Source: a virus
Taxonomy: Duplodnaviria; Caudoviricetes
Length of the DNA: 64,000 nt
Virus record (IMG/VR): IMGVR_UViG_2930438282_000004
Coordinates: 18,364-82,363 of that record
Direction: 5' to 3' (one strand)
Shown: piece after piece, positions 48,956 to 58,542 of the stretch
Numbering within the stretch: position 1 is the first letter of the stretch
Layout of the letters: every line of letters starts with the position of its first letter
The notes under the pieces: model-generated
What the model was told of the DNA's origin: nothing
The model's input: only the letters and a program-made list of their open reading frames with translations
The model's database searches: none
Program-made: the position numbers and the translations under genes

Positions 48956-49254
48956 CGGGAGGCCCCTTCTGCGCGGGCCAGCTCGAGGCGGATGTCGACG
49001 CCTGCGATGTCGACGGCCTCGCGCAGAGCGATCGCGAACGATTTCGCGTCTGTTGCGGCCGGCAGGTGGTCGGCGGCGACGATGAACGAGGCGACGATGT
49101 CCTTCGCAGCCGAGAGTTCGCCCGCGACGCGGCCGAGCTGCCTCGTGCTCTCCTCGGCGCTGCGTCGTGCCTCGTCTCGTTGGGCGGTGGTTCGTTCGAG
49201 GCGGGCGGCCTGGTCGGCGACGCGCTCGGTGAGTTGGCGGCGGGACGGTCTCAC
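48952..49254 (-). CDS. Coiled-coil hypothetical protein
   Basis: Coupled ORF. Confidence 0.6.
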   Translation of the reverse strand: MRPSRRQLTERVADQAARLERTTAQRDEARRSAEESTRQLGRVAGELSAAKDIVASFIVAADHLPAATDAKSFAIALREAVDIAGVDIRLELARAEGASR

Positions 49255-50087
49255 GACTGCTCACCGCCCTCACGCTGCGAGGGGATGGGGCGCAAGGGCC
49301 AGCGACTGTCGACTACTGCGTTCGGATCTCGCTTCTCCGCCGGGGCCTTGGTGCGCAGCCACTGCTGGAACGACACCGCGTTCTCGTGCGCCCACTGTTG
49401 CTGCATCAGGTGCAGGTCGTCGACGCTCACCCCGGCGAGCGAGTCGAATCGCTGCGTCCTCATCTTGTGCACCCAGATTGGGCGCTCGTTGCGGGGCAGG
49501 TGGGCGATGTTGCCCATGTGCCAGGCGGCGCGGGCCGACATCAGCGCGTCGTACTCGGCGCCGTGAGCCTGCTCCTCATCCCACTTCAGGCCGTACGTTT
49601 CCGCTGTGGTCCGCATCTGGTATGGGCCCTGGGTTTCGGAGACGCGGCGCCGGAAGGGCGCGACCTGCTTGTCGAGGACCATCGTGTCGATGACCCGCGT
49701 CAGCGGCTGTCGGCAGACGCCTTCGATGCTGTCGCCGAGGTGGCGGCGGCACTCGCGGTCCAACAAGTTGAGGTCGTAGCCGCCGACGTTGTGGCCCACG
49801 ATCGGGGTGCCAGCGGCGACGACTTCAGCAACCGACTTCGCGATCTCCGCCACGCCGACCGTGGCATCTTGCCCGTGCTCTGCGGCGTACTCGTCGGTGA
49901 TGCCGTGCACCTTGATCGCTTCGGGTTCCATGGGGATGCCCGGGTTGATCAGCCAGGTGCGGGTGTCGGTGGGGAGTCCGCCGCCGACGAGGATGAGCGC
50001 GCAGGTGACGATGCGGGCGGTCTCGACGTCCTTGTCGCTGGCCTCGAAGTCGAGGGCCGCCATGCGCAGGGTGTGCCAGGGAGTCAC
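49251..50087 (-). CDS. DnaQ-like 3'-5' exonuclease
   Basis: DFE, HN..YD, HGAEYDA (DEDDh). Confidence 0.9.
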   Translation of the reverse strand: MTPWHTLRMAALDFEASDKDVETARIVTCALILVGGGLPTDTRTWLINPGIPMEPEAIKVHGITDEYAAEHGQDATVGVAEIAKSVAEVVAAGTPIVGHNVGGYDLNLLDRECRRHLGDSIEGVCRQPLTRVIDTMVLDKQVAPFRRRVSETQGPYQMRTTAETYGLKWDEEQAHGAEYDALMSARAAWHMGNIAHLPRNERPIWVHKMRTQRFDSLAGVSVDDLHLMQQQWAHENAVSFQQWLRTKAPAEKRDPNAVVDSRWPLRPIPSQREGGEQS

Positions 50088-51220
50088 TGGCCTTCACCCG
50101 CCTTCACCGCGGCGAGGTACGCGGTCATCTGCGCGACGGTCCCGGACGACGGATGCGTGCCGCCGTTGCGCTGCGCGAATCCGGCTTCGATCTGCTGGGT
50201 GTTCAGCCCGTGCTTTCCGGCGGCGGCGATGATCTGGAACCAGATGTCCTGTACGTCGGCCGGATCGTCGTCGACGACCTCGCCCTCGTATACGCCGTCT
50301 TCGTCCGGCACCGGGTCCGGGTGCGGCTGGTCCTGCTGTTCCGCCCCCTCGGTGGGCGCCGCTTCCGGCTTGGCCAGCCCGATCGTTTTGAGCTGCTCCA
50401 GGTAGTCGACGGGCGCCCCGGCCTGCTTGGCCTCCTGGAAGATGGCCAGCGCCTCCACCTGCGTGGCGGCCTGCTTCGCCTCCACGAGGAAGTCCCGCCG
50501 CTGCGCCGGGGCGGCCCCGATAGCCGCCCGCTCCGGGCCCTTGGCCACTGCCGCCTTGCCGCCGGACACCTCACCCGCCATCAGCGCGGCCGGGGTGATC
50601 TCGACGTCCAGCGTCGGCACCATGAACCGGGCCGGCTTGTCCTTGACGATGGCCGTCTTCTCTTCCATCCCGAGCCACCCGGCGACGTACCCACCAGCCT
50701 GCGCCAGGAGTTCGGCCGCGGGCGGCAGGGTGACGGCGGCGTGGTAGCCCTTCGTGATGAGCAGCCACTGACCGAGGGCGGGGACGTCGCGGAGCATGAC
50801 GTTCACCCGTGTCGTGATCTTGCAGTCCCGGTCCTCCGGGTTGCACATGCACGGCCGGTCGGACTTGTGCTCGGTGACGCCGTCGCAGCGCCGCTGGCAC
50901 TTCGATCCGGCGTACAGCTCGTACCACTGGGAGACGGCGTCGCGCGGCGGGATTAGGACGGGGAGCCGGTTGGCCTGGGAGTAAACCTCGAACTCGGAGG
51001 GGCCGCCGTTCGCGGGGGTCCACGGCTTCACCTCGCCGCCGTACAGCTCGGCGACGCCAGCGAGGATGTCGCGGGAGGCGGAGGTGAAGCGGAACTTGTC
51101 GAGCTTGGCGGGGCGGGTGGCGGGCTTGCCGTCCTTACGGGTGTTGCCCGTCGGGACGACGTGGCCGATGCGGATCTCTCCGAGCTGACGCATCCGCATT
51201 TGCAGGTCAAGGATGGGCAT
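50084..51220 (-). CDS. Gp3-like/RDF-like recombination protein
   Basis: GEIRIG..RPAKLDKFRFTS..CQRRCDG. Confidence 0.7.
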   Translation of the reverse strand: MPILDLQMRMRQLGEIRIGHVVPTGNTRKDGKPATRPAKLDKFRFTSASRDILAGVAELYGGEVKPWTPANGGPSEFEVYSQANRLPVLIPPRDAVSQWYELYAGSKCQRRCDGVTEHKSDRPCMCNPEDRDCKITTRVNVMLRDVPALGQWLLITKGYHAAVTLPPAAELLAQAGGYVAGWLGMEEKTAIVKDKPARFMVPTLDVEITPAALMAGEVSGGKAAVAKGPERAAIGAAPAQRRDFLVEAKQAATQVEALAIFQEAKQAGAPVDYLEQLKTIGLAKPEAAPTEGAEQQDQPHPDPVPDEDGVYEGEVVDDDPADVQDIWFQIIAAAGKHGLNTQQIEAGFAQRNGGTHPSSGTVAQMTAYLAAVKAGEGQ

Positions 51221-52155
51221 CAGGCGGCCCTCTCTTCGGTGAGCTGGGGAAGCGTGAGGGCGGGGCGGATGACCTGCTTGGACAAGCCGGACGTCCACTC
51301 GGCGTTGGCCTTGACCGTGAGGAACGCCTCGAAGACGGCGTCGTCAGCGACGGCCGGGATCAGCCGGTAGCCCTCCGGCCGCAGGTGCAGCACGACGCCT
51401 GCCCAGAACGTGGGCGGCATGGGGACTTGGGATCCGTCGCGCAGCCACGCGACCTTGGCGTGGCGGTACGCGGACATCTGCAAGGAGGCCTCGGGGTAGA
51501 CGCCCTTGATGTCCAGTTCGCCGCCGGTCTTGGTGTCGCCCATGTACACGGAGTCGGCTGGCACTTCGGTGCCGAAGTAGGCGCCGAGCGCCATCGCGAT
51601 GAGCGGGGAGCGGAGCAGGTAGTCGAGCTTGCCCGCGTAGCCCTGCTCGTAGTTGCCCACCGTCATCTCGGAGGCCTCGAACTCGACCTGCCACTCGTCG
51701 ACGAAGGTGAGGAAGTGGTCGAGGAACGGCGTCAGGTTCGGGTCGGTGAGGAGTTCCTCGGGCATCGGCGTGCCGAGGACTTTCGCTTCGATCAGATCGT
51801 GGACGGCCGTGCCGACGTCCTTGCGCTCGTCCTTCTTCCGGACGTGCGCGCGGGCGAGCCAGTTCCGGGCCTCTGTCCGCTGGTCGGGGTTGAGGCTGCT
51901 GTGGACCAGGTAGGGCAGGTTGTCCATCGCGGTGTCGGCGGTGATGTTCCCGGCCCAGAAGGTGAGGGCGTCGCCCTTGCAGCAGCCCTGTTCGAGGATG
52001 GTGGTGACGCGGCGCAGCTTGGCGCCGGTGATGGGGTCGCGGTACCAGCCCTGTGAGGGCTTGGGAATGCGGTCGGTGCCGGTCGGTTCGCTCTTGCGGG
52101 AGCGGCGGCCGGAGGCCGGAGCCGAGGTGGCTCCAGCCTGCGCGGTAGCTGTCAT
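51220..52155 (-). CDS. PD-(D/E)XK (Cas4/RecB-like) exonuclease
   Basis: RVTTIL, GTAVH, YAGKLD, DTKTG, QMSAY. Confidence 0.88.
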   Translation of the reverse strand: MTATAQAGATSAPASGRRSRKSEPTGTDRIPKPSQGWYRDPITGAKLRRVTTILEQGCCKGDALTFWAGNITADTAMDNLPYLVHSSLNPDQRTEARNWLARAHVRKKDERKDVGTAVHDLIEAKVLGTPMPEELLTDPNLTPFLDHFLTFVDEWQVEFEASEMTVGNYEQGYAGKLDYLLRSPLIAMALGAYFGTEVPADSVYMGDTKTGGELDIKGVYPEASLQMSAYRHAKVAWLRDGSQVPMPPTFWAGVVLHLRPEGYRLIPAVADDAVFEAFLTVKANAEWTSGLSKQVIRPALTLPQLTEERAA

Positions 52156-52400
52156 CAGCGGTCGCCGCCCTTCCCGGTGACTCCAGCCGCCTTGTTCCAC
52201 GTCTTGGCGTCCTGGGGCGGGAGACCGCTGTCGGCCTCACCGTCGACCGGTGCACCCATGGCCGTGGCGGCGGCGAGGGCGAGGGTCGCGTGCACCTGTG
52301 CGGCAGTGAGGATGGCGGCCACGTCGCTGCCCTCCTGGTGGCCGTCTCGGACCTCGCGAAGCAGCTGCTCGGCGCGGGTGTAGTGCTCGGGGCCGGTCAT
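52155..52400 (-). CDS. Phage hypothetical protein
   Basis: MTGPEHY..AQVHATLALAAAT. Confidence 0.75.
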   Translation of the reverse strand: MTGPEHYTRAEQLLREVRDGHQEGSDVAAILTAAQVHATLALAAATAMGAPVDGEADSGLPPQDAKTWNKAAGVTGKGGDR

Positions 52401-52633
52401 GAGCGGCCGTCCTCTCCGGTGGTCGCGAGCTGGTAGGTGTGGCGGCCGTCGGTGACCTGCACGGTGAGGAGCCCGGCCTTCGCGAGGCCGCGCAAGTCCT
52501 TGCGGGTGGTGTTGCGTCCGGACGTGGGCCACGGTGAGTCGTCCATGAGCTGTGCGGCACCGTTGGTGGTGACCGGGCGGCCGTCGGCCCTTATGGCGGC
52601 GAGGAGGTACGCGCGGCGGGAGATGTCCTTCAT
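52397..52633 (-). CDS. Small wHTH protein
   Basis: RNTTRKDLRGLAKAGLL. Confidence 0.7.
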   Translation of the reverse strand: MKDISRRAYLLAAIRADGRPVTTNGAAQLMDDSPWPTSGRNTTRKDLRGLAKAGLLTVQVTDGRHTYQLATTGEDGRS

Positions 52634-53022
52634 GCGGCAGCACCGCCCTCGGTGCGCTGGCGCGGAATCCGCGCAACAGCCGGCCGTGGCTTCGGAGCCA
52701 ACTCCTGCAGCCGATCAGCCAATGCGGTCACCTCGCCCCCGTACACCGGGACCTCGGCGCCGACCACCGCGATGATCTGCTCCAGCAGCAGCGACTCCGG
52801 GGCGTGCCCGTCGTGGCCGGTCGAGGCCGCGCGGTCGGCGGAGTACTCCAGCAACTGACCCAGCAGTTCCTCGTCGTCCGCGATCGTGGTGAGCGCGTAG
52901 GTGAGGAAGTGCTCCAGGTCGAGGAGGACGCCGGTCGGGATGCGGCGGAGGTAGATCCGGTGGGGACCGGTGACGACGGGCCGCCGGAACATGCGGTGCC
53001 AGATCAGGCGGATTCGGTTCAT
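52630..53022 (-). CDS. Hypothetical protein
   Basis: Coupled ORF. Confidence 0.65.
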   Translation of the reverse strand: MNRIRLIWHRMFRRPVVTGPHRIYLRRIPTGVLLDLEHFLTYALTTIADDEELLGQLLEYSADRAASTGHDGHAPESLLLEQIIAVVGAEVPVYGGEVTALADRLQELAPKPRPAVARIPRQRTEGGAAA

Positions 53023-53134
53023 CGGTGGCCGGCCTTCCGCTGCTTGAGGATGGTGGGGATGTCGATCGCGAGGTAGGTCCAGCCGATGCCGCAGGCGATG
53101 GAGAACCAGAGGAGGGCGGTGAGGACGTGCTCGG

Positions 53135-53674
53135 TCATCGGCCCTCACCTGCCTCGGTCTGCGGCGGGGTGATGAGGACGTCCGCGCCGCACTGGGTGCT
53201 GGGGTCGGCCGGGTCGCCGTAGGTGCAGACACCGCCGTCGGGCAGGTCTTCGGATGTGAGTGGGGTGAGTCCCCACCAGCCGTCGCCGTGAGGGCGGCAG
53301 AGCAGGACGCCGGGGCGGTCGGGGTTGCGGTAGGCGACGACGGGGTCGGCTTCGCGGAGGGCCTGTGTCGGCGCGAGCAGCCGGGTGAGCTTGTCAGCCG
53401 AAGCCTCGGGCCCACGGGCGTGGCATCCGCATCCGCAACCGCTGCACTGCGTGGCAGGCTCCGGGCAGCGGCACTCCTCGGCTGCGACGCGGGCCTCCAG
53501 CTCGGCGACTCGCTTCCGTAGCCGCTCCAACTCGGCGGCCGTCTGCGGCGACTGGAGCAACTGCGCCGACTCCAGGGCCTCCGCGGCCTGGTCGGCGAGG
53601 CGGGCGATGCGGCCCTGCTGCCACGCCGCGGTGATCACACCGGATGCGGTACGGGCGAGAGGTGAGAGCGTCAT
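53135..53674 (-). CDS. Cys-rich hypothetical protein
   Basis: Coupled ORF. Confidence 0.65.
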   Translation of the reverse strand: MTLSPLARTASGVITAAWQQGRIARLADQAAEALESAQLLQSPQTAAELERLRKRVAELEARVAAEECRCPEPATQCSGCGCGCHARGPEASADKLTRLLAPTQALREADPVVAYRNPDRPGVLLCRPHGDGWWGLTPLTSEDLPDGGVCTYGDPADPSTQCGADVLITPPQTEAGEGR

Positions 53675-54057
53675 GCCGCCACCGCCGGGGCGTCGGCTTG
53701 TGGGGTGTTGGCCTGCTCCGCCGTCAGCGGAACGCCGAATCCGGTCACCTCGACACGGACACCGTGGAACACCGACTCGGCGGTGAGCCAGACGTTTTCA
53801 CCGGTGGTGGCACACAGGCTGACGGCCGCGGACCCGATTTGCAGTGCTGAGCGCCACTGCTCGAAGTCCTGTGCCGAGCTCAGCTGGAGTTCCAGCTGTA
53901 CTGGGACCGACTCGACGACCTGCGCGTGAATCTTGATGTAGCCGCCCGGCAGCGGGCCGAACATCTTCACCAGCTCGACGAGGGCATCAGCGGCAGAGCC
54001 CTGCGCGCTGATTGGGTACGGCCGCAAGCGGCTCGGTTGGGTAGTCTCTGTGGCCAT
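53671..54057 (-). CDS. Hypothetical protein
   Basis: GAGAGG RBS; coupled to the next gene. Confidence 0.6.
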   Translation of the reverse strand: MATETTQPSRLRPYPISAQGSAADALVELVKMFGPLPGGYIKIHAQVVESVPVQLELQLSSAQDFEQWRSALQIGSAAVSLCATTGENVWLTAESVFHGVRVEVTGFGVPLTAEQANTPQADAPAVAA

Positions 54058-54148
54058 CGGTGGCCTCTCTTTCGGATCTTGTAGGGGCGCCGAGTCGGGG
54101 GTCGCCGGGCCGGGAAGCTGTGGCGGCCCCTCGGCGTGTTCGGGGGGA

Positions 54149-54376
54149 TCAGGCGGAAGCGGCGAGTTCTGCGCCGTGCTCAGCCATCCAGTTGCGGACC
54201 TTCTCCAGGTCGAAGCGCCGGCCGCGGCCACCGAACGGCTCCACGGGCATCCCGGCACGGATCCACTGGACGACGGTCCAGTCGGAGACGTCGTAGTACG
54301 TCTCGAGCTGCTTCTGACTGAGAAGCGGGGTGAGACCGGCCGGCAGGGGAGTGGCGCGGTCAGTCTTCTTCGGCAT
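54149..54376 (-). CDS. Excisionase-like wHTH protein
   Basis: LLSQKQL..VSDWTV..W..GMP..RRFDLEKV. Confidence 0.8.
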   Translation of the reverse strand: MPKKTDRATPLPAGLTPLLSQKQLETYYDVSDWTVVQWIRAGMPVEPFGGRGRRFDLEKVRNWMAEHGAELAASA

Positions 54377-54674
54377 CTGACCTTGACCTTTCGATAATCG
54401 AAATCGAAGCTGAGGGCATGGCAAAGAGGTCCTGGAGGGGTGCGCTGGTCTCCTGGTGGAGTGCCTCCGCAACGAACCAGGCGGTCTTGAGTTCGCACTT
54501 GTCGCGAGCGGTTTTGCCCTGCCCCGCGAGGCGGCCGACGGTTGCGGCACTGACGCCCTTCCCGGTCGGATCCACCCTCCGCGTCGCTTCCGCGAGTTGG
54601 GGGATGGAGAGTCCGGCGCGGGCCATGGCTGCTCTGAGCGGCCGTCCGTCGTCCTTGCGGTGCAGTTTTGGCAT
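54360..54674 (-). CDS. Cro-like XRE protein
   Basis: GLSIPQLAEAT..VSAATVGRL; divergent from the repressor. Confidence 0.8.
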   Translation of the reverse strand: MPKLHRKDDGRPLRAAMARAGLSIPQLAEATRRVDPTGKGVSAATVGRLAGQGKTARDKCELKTAWFVAEALHQETSAPLQDLFAMPSASISIIERSRSDAEED

Positions 54675-54719
54675 GAATGGACCTCGTGCCGGTGGTGGCT
54701 GTTGTGCGTCCCTGTCGGG

Positions 54720-54932
54720 CTGCTTCGATATTTCTACTTTCGAAATCGAAGTCTTGTCAACAGGTTCGCCGAGACTCGCCGAGGTTCGTCGAGTCCCGGG
54801 AGTTCGAATGCGATCTTCGAACGCCTGTTCTATGGTGGCGGCATATGCCGTGCACAACGGCGCGTAACGGGGAGGTCGCGCGCCGCCAAGTTTTCGCCAC
54901 CGCTTCTACTTTTACTTGCGAAAAGTAGAAGC
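54720..54932. promoter_or_regulatory. Lysis/lysogeny switch region with operators
   Basis: Perfect inverted repeat GCTTCTACTTTT-N7-AAAAGTAGAAGC (54902-54932); TTCTACTTT also at ~54732; TCGAAATCGAAG at 54740 and 54398. Confidence 0.7.
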
Positions 54933-54952
54933 CACAGGGCACCCTTGCCTGC

Positions 54953-55318
54953 GTGGAAGTACCTAAGTCGACACCGCCTGCCGACGAGACGTTCGCGCAG
55001 GTCCTTGCCGCGCTCAAGGACGAGTACGGCGTGAACGACAGTCAGGTCGCCAAGCGCATCGGGGCCCACGTCTCAACCGTGAACAACTGGGCTCACGGCA
55101 AGGCCACTCCTCGCGCTGCCGCAATCCGCACCCTCGCCGTGGTGTTCCCGAAGTTCAGCGAAGAGCGACTCTTCGCAGCTGCCGGCAAGAGGGCGCCGGC
55201 TCCACTCTCCCCGGACCGTCGCGATGCCGTGCTTGAGGTCTTCGACCGGCTGACCAAGGAACAGCAGGAGATGCTGCTTATCCAGGCCAGTGCCGTAGCC
55301 GACAGCAACGAGCAGTAG
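54953..55318 (+). CDS. CI-like XRE repressor
   Basis: SQVAKRIGAHVSTVNNW..G..P. Confidence 0.88.
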   Translation: MEVPKSTPPADETFAQVLAALKDEYGVNDSQVAKRIGAHVSTVNNWAHGKATPRAAAIRTLAVVFPKFSEERLFAAAGKRAPAPLSPDRRDAVLEVFDRLTKEQQEMLLIQASAVADSNEQ

Positions 55319-55513
55319 ATTCCTCAACTCGCGTGCAACCCTTGCGGGGCGTCGGAAGTCTCAGCTAAATGGACCATCACGCAGGGTGATTTTTCCTTCA
55401 CTCGATCCACGCATTTTCCTTGGTGATTGAACGAAGAACGGGTACCGTCATCGCACGGCCGATGTCCTCCCCCTTTGGCCTCCTACTGCCACACGCGTAG
55501 CTAAGGGGGAAAC

Positions 55514-55771
55514 ATGTGCATCTGCGTTCAATACGCGCCCAGGGACGAGATCGCCGATCCATACGACGCTGATCGTCGAGTGATCCTCATCCCCGATGAC
55601 TTGGCTGCGACCGTTCTGTACTCCATGCAAGCCGTTCGGGCCGTCCTTCGCGAACTTCGTGTCGAGCAGGCGCCGTTCGATGCACGCTGCTGGTGCGGGG
55701 AGCCCATCGAGCTACCCGCCTACATCCCTCAGCAGCTAAGGAGCGGTCAGGTGGTAACCCATGGCGCGTAG
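55514..55771 (+). CDS. Small Cys protein between repressor and integrase
   Basis: MCICV...CWCGE; overlaps the integrase start. Confidence 0.7.
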   Translation: MCICVQYAPRDEIADPYDADRRVILIPDDLAATVLYSMQAVRAVLRELRVEQAPFDARCWCGEPIELPAYIPQQLRSGQVVTHGA

Positions 55772-57053
55772 GGCGTCGAACAACCCACGGCAGATCGAGA
55801 GCAAGAGTTGCGGCTGCCCGCGATGCATGAAGAAGTACCCGCCGGACAAGGACGGTGAGCGCCGGCCCCGCCGGGATTGCACCGGCTCCTGGCAGGCGCG
55901 CTACAGGACGCCTACCGGCAAGCAGGAATCGCGGAACTTCCCCATCAAAGAAGGCGGCAAGAAGGCAGCCGAGGCATTCCTCGACGAGATCCGCACGGCC
56001 GTCCGGCAGCGGACCTATCGTGACCCCGCGCGCGGCAAGGTAACTCTGTCGAAGTGGTGGGCCGAGTTCTGGGAAGTCGCGCAGGAGAAGGTCAGCACCA
56101 CCACCAGGAACCGAAAGCTCGGCCTGTGGCGGACCCACATCGAGCCGAAGTGGGGCCAGTACCGTCTTATTGACCTGGAGTACATGGCGCTGCAGAAGTG
56201 GCTCACACAAGAGGTCAAGGGATGGGAGACGCAGAAGAAGGTCAAGGAGCTGCTGTTCGCAGTCCTCCAGGCGGCCATCAAAGACGGTGAGCGCATCTCC
56301 GCGAATCCGGCTGAGCACCTGGAGATGACAGCGACGAAGCCGGTGAAGCACCCTGACGACTTGAAGCCCCCGACCATGGCGCAGTACGACCTTATTCACG
56401 CTGCGCTGCCGGAGTACTACCAGCGCATCTTCCGGGACTTCGCCTATGAGACGGCCATGCGCCCGGGCGAGGTTGCAGGCGCACGCCTGAGCTTCATCGA
56501 CCAGGACGAGCGGCTCCTGTACGTGAAGGAAATCCTCATCAGCGACAACGGCCGACTGCGGCGGCAGGCGATGCCGAAGACGGAGGCCGGCTTCCGCGCG
56601 GTCCCGCTCACCCCGACAGCGTGGGAGGCCGTGCTGTGGATGATCGAGCGGTGGAAGCCGAAGGCGACGCGCTCGAAGGTCGGCGACGGGTACGACCTCC
56701 ATGTCGAGGAGTTGCTCTTCCGCGGGCCCCGCGGCGCTGCGCTGAACATCAACAACATCCGGCGGCCGTGGAGGCGCGCGTGCGTGCAGGCCGGGGTGGC
56801 GCGCATGGTGGAGAACCCGGAGACCGGGAGACCGGAGTGGTGGCCGCGCCCGTACGAGTACCGCCACGACGTGACGAGCCGTCTGCACCTGCGCGGGGTC
56901 TCGGAGCGGGACACGCAGGCGTTCCTTGGGCAGAAGCGCGGGGGCAAGGTCACGTGGATCTACACGCACGAGTCGGAGGGCGCGCGGGAGAACGTGCGCG
57001 CTGCGCTGACCGGCACGGATGGCAAGGGAAGTGGACTCCGTGTCGTTGAGTGA
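55761..57053 (+). CDS. int: Tyrosine integrase
   Basis: WQARY arm domain, MRPGE, PKT, YEYRH, LGQ, TWIY. Confidence 0.93.
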   Translation: MARRASNNPRQIESKSCGCPRCMKKYPPDKDGERRPRRDCTGSWQARYRTPTGKQESRNFPIKEGGKKAAEAFLDEIRTAVRQRTYRDPARGKVTLSKWWAEFWEVAQEKVSTTTRNRKLGLWRTHIEPKWGQYRLIDLEYMALQKWLTQEVKGWETQKKVKELLFAVLQAAIKDGERISANPAEHLEMTATKPVKHPDDLKPPTMAQYDLIHAALPEYYQRIFRDFAYETAMRPGEVAGARLSFIDQDERLLYVKEILISDNGRLRRQAMPKTEAGFRAVPLTPTAWEAVLWMIERWKPKATRSKVGDGYDLHVEELLFRGPRGAALNINNIRRPWRRACVQAGVARMVENPETGRPEWWPRPYEYRHDVTSRLHLRGVSERDTQAFLGQKRGGKVTWIYTHESEGARENVRAALTGTDGKGSGLRVVE

Positions 57054-57069
57054 TCGACTAGGGGTGGAA

Positions 57070-57190
57070 TCCACATGGAGTCCACAGAGCCCCCTCGATG
57101 CGGCTCGGCGAGTCTCGGCGAGCCTCGGGTTTAAGGGGCGCGAATGAAGCTTCCGCAACTCGGCGAGTCTCGGCGAGACTCGGTGAGACT
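57070..57190 (+). repeat. Arm-type / accessory-factor binding repeats
   Basis: TCCACA twice; CTCGGCGAG-type copies at 57104, 57114, 57159, 57169, 57179. Confidence 0.7.
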
Positions 57191-57207
57191 GGATCTTGGG
57201 AGCGAAG

Positions 57208-57254
57208 CCCTTACAAGGCGGATGTCGGCGGTTCGAAACCGTCCGCGCCCACCA
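57208..57254 (+). tRNA. 3' fragment of tRNA-Val(TAC), the prophage att core (not a complete tRNA)
   Basis: CCTTACAAGG...GGCGG-TTCGAAA-CCGTC-CGCGCCC-ACCA; no D-arm or 5' acceptor strand upstream. Confidence 0.88.
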
Positions 57255-57340
57255 GTCTCAGGACACGACTAAGGCCCAGGTCAACCGGTGCGAAGCCGGA
57301 GACCTGGGCCTTGATCTTTCTCGGCGACTTTTCGCCGCCG

Positions 57341-57860
57341 TGCCACTCACGTGCCAGATGGTCCGTGCGGGGGCCGCTTCACCTTCTTGATCTGACCGTC
57401 CACGTAGTCCGCGACCTGGTGGTCGCGGCCGTTGACGAGGTGCTGATAGATCAGCGCGGCCCGCGTCGACGAGTGACCCATGCGATGCATCAGCTCGCGG
57501 GTGGTGGCGCCGCCGGTCGCGACGAGGGTGTTGCCGGTGTGGAAGTAGAGGCGGCGTCGGGCGAGCACCTGGGTGCCGGCCGAGACGCCCAGTCGCTCCG
57601 CGGCATCCTCGGGGGCCTGCATGGGGCCGATGTAGAGGACGCTCACCTTGGCGGTGGCACCGGACTGCGCGGACTCCGCGAGGTACGCGGCCTTGCCGCC
57701 CTGGCGGTGCGAACGCCGGAAGCGGTCGGAGGAGCGATGCCGTACCGGCGGGCGATCCTTCACGATCGACAAAGTCTTCGCGGTCCGCCTGCTAGACGCC
57801 CTGGACGGCGACGGCCCGCACGTCCGGAGCCACGACGGCCGCAATCTCCTCACCGCCTGA
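57341..57860. pseudogene. Collapsed AICE relic: integrase C-terminus fused to a GntR/UTRA fragment, plus a NUDIX-like tail
   Basis: Minus strand GATTRELMHRMGHSSTRAALIYQH and DRFRRSHR..VLARRRLYF; plus strand VRLLDALDGDGPHVRSHDG. Confidence 0.7.
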
Positions 57861-57969
57861 GTTAGGCCAGCCGAAGGCTCGCGCGGTTGGCGGTTTGCCG
57901 AAAAACTTGCGTTTCAGCGTCCATCCTGCGTGCAGAACGCTGTCACAGCGCCCTGCCAGACTGCGTGCC

Positions 57970-58542
57970 ATGGACACCGAAGCATTCTGGCGCGTGCTCG
58001 ACGTGGCGAAGGACGGAGACAAGCCGCTCGATGTCGCCGTGGTTGATCACTTGTCGGCCCTCTCCCCAGGAGAGATCCTCGCCTTCGAGTACCAGTTCTC
58101 CCGTCTACGCAAGGCGGTCTATCGCTGGGACGTCTGGGCGGCTGCCTACCTCATCGCTAGCGGCTGCTCTGATGATCGGTTCAGCGACTTCACCGCAGGC
58201 GTGGTGGCACTCGGGCACGAGTGGTACGAGCAGGTAGCTGCCCACCCGGACACGCTCGCCGAGCACCCTGCTGTGCGTACCGCGGCAGCCGTCGGTGACC
58301 AGGACGTCATCTTCGATGAGGACTTCAACTTCGTTTCGTCCACAGCGTACGAGCGGCTGACCGGTGACACAGACGACTTCTGGGAGGCATGGGCCACCTA
58401 CATTGCCGATCGCCCCAACAGCACGGACGACGCCAGTGGCATGGGTGAGTCGTTCGACTTCGATGATGCCCAGCAGATGCGCCAACGCCTGCCGCGGCTA
58501 TCTGTGCTCTACCTCGACGCTCAACCAAGCAGCCTTACGTAG
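57970..58542 (+). CDS. DUF4240-family protein
   Basis: MDTEAFWRVL..WAAAYLI..CSDDRF.DF..LPRL. Confidence 0.85.
   Translation: MDTEAFWRVLDVAKDGDKPLDVAVVDHLSALSPGEILAFEYQFSRLRKAVYRWDVWAAAYLIASGCSDDRFSDFTAGVVALGHEWYEQVAAHPDTLAEHPAVRTAAAVGDQDVIFDEDFNFVSSTAYERLTGDTDDFWEAWATYIADRPNSTDDASGMGESFDFDDAQQMRQRLPRLSVLYLDAQPSSLT

Larger units (their letters stand above)
1..57254. mobile_element. Prophage (siphovirus-like, tyrosine integrase, tRNA-Val target); left end outside window
   Basis: Ordered head/tail, replication, cro/cI and integrase modules ending at a tRNA 3' fragment. Confidence 0.95.

Noticed and set aside
51220-52155. Cas4 as evidence of CRISPR adaptation
   Set aside because: It is an ordinary phage PD-(D/E)XK exonuclease in the recombination module and lacks the Cas4 Cys cluster
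57104-57187. Mini-CRISPR or repeat array
   Set aside because: The 9-10 bp units have no spacers and sit beside att; I saw no CRISPR array or cas operon in the window
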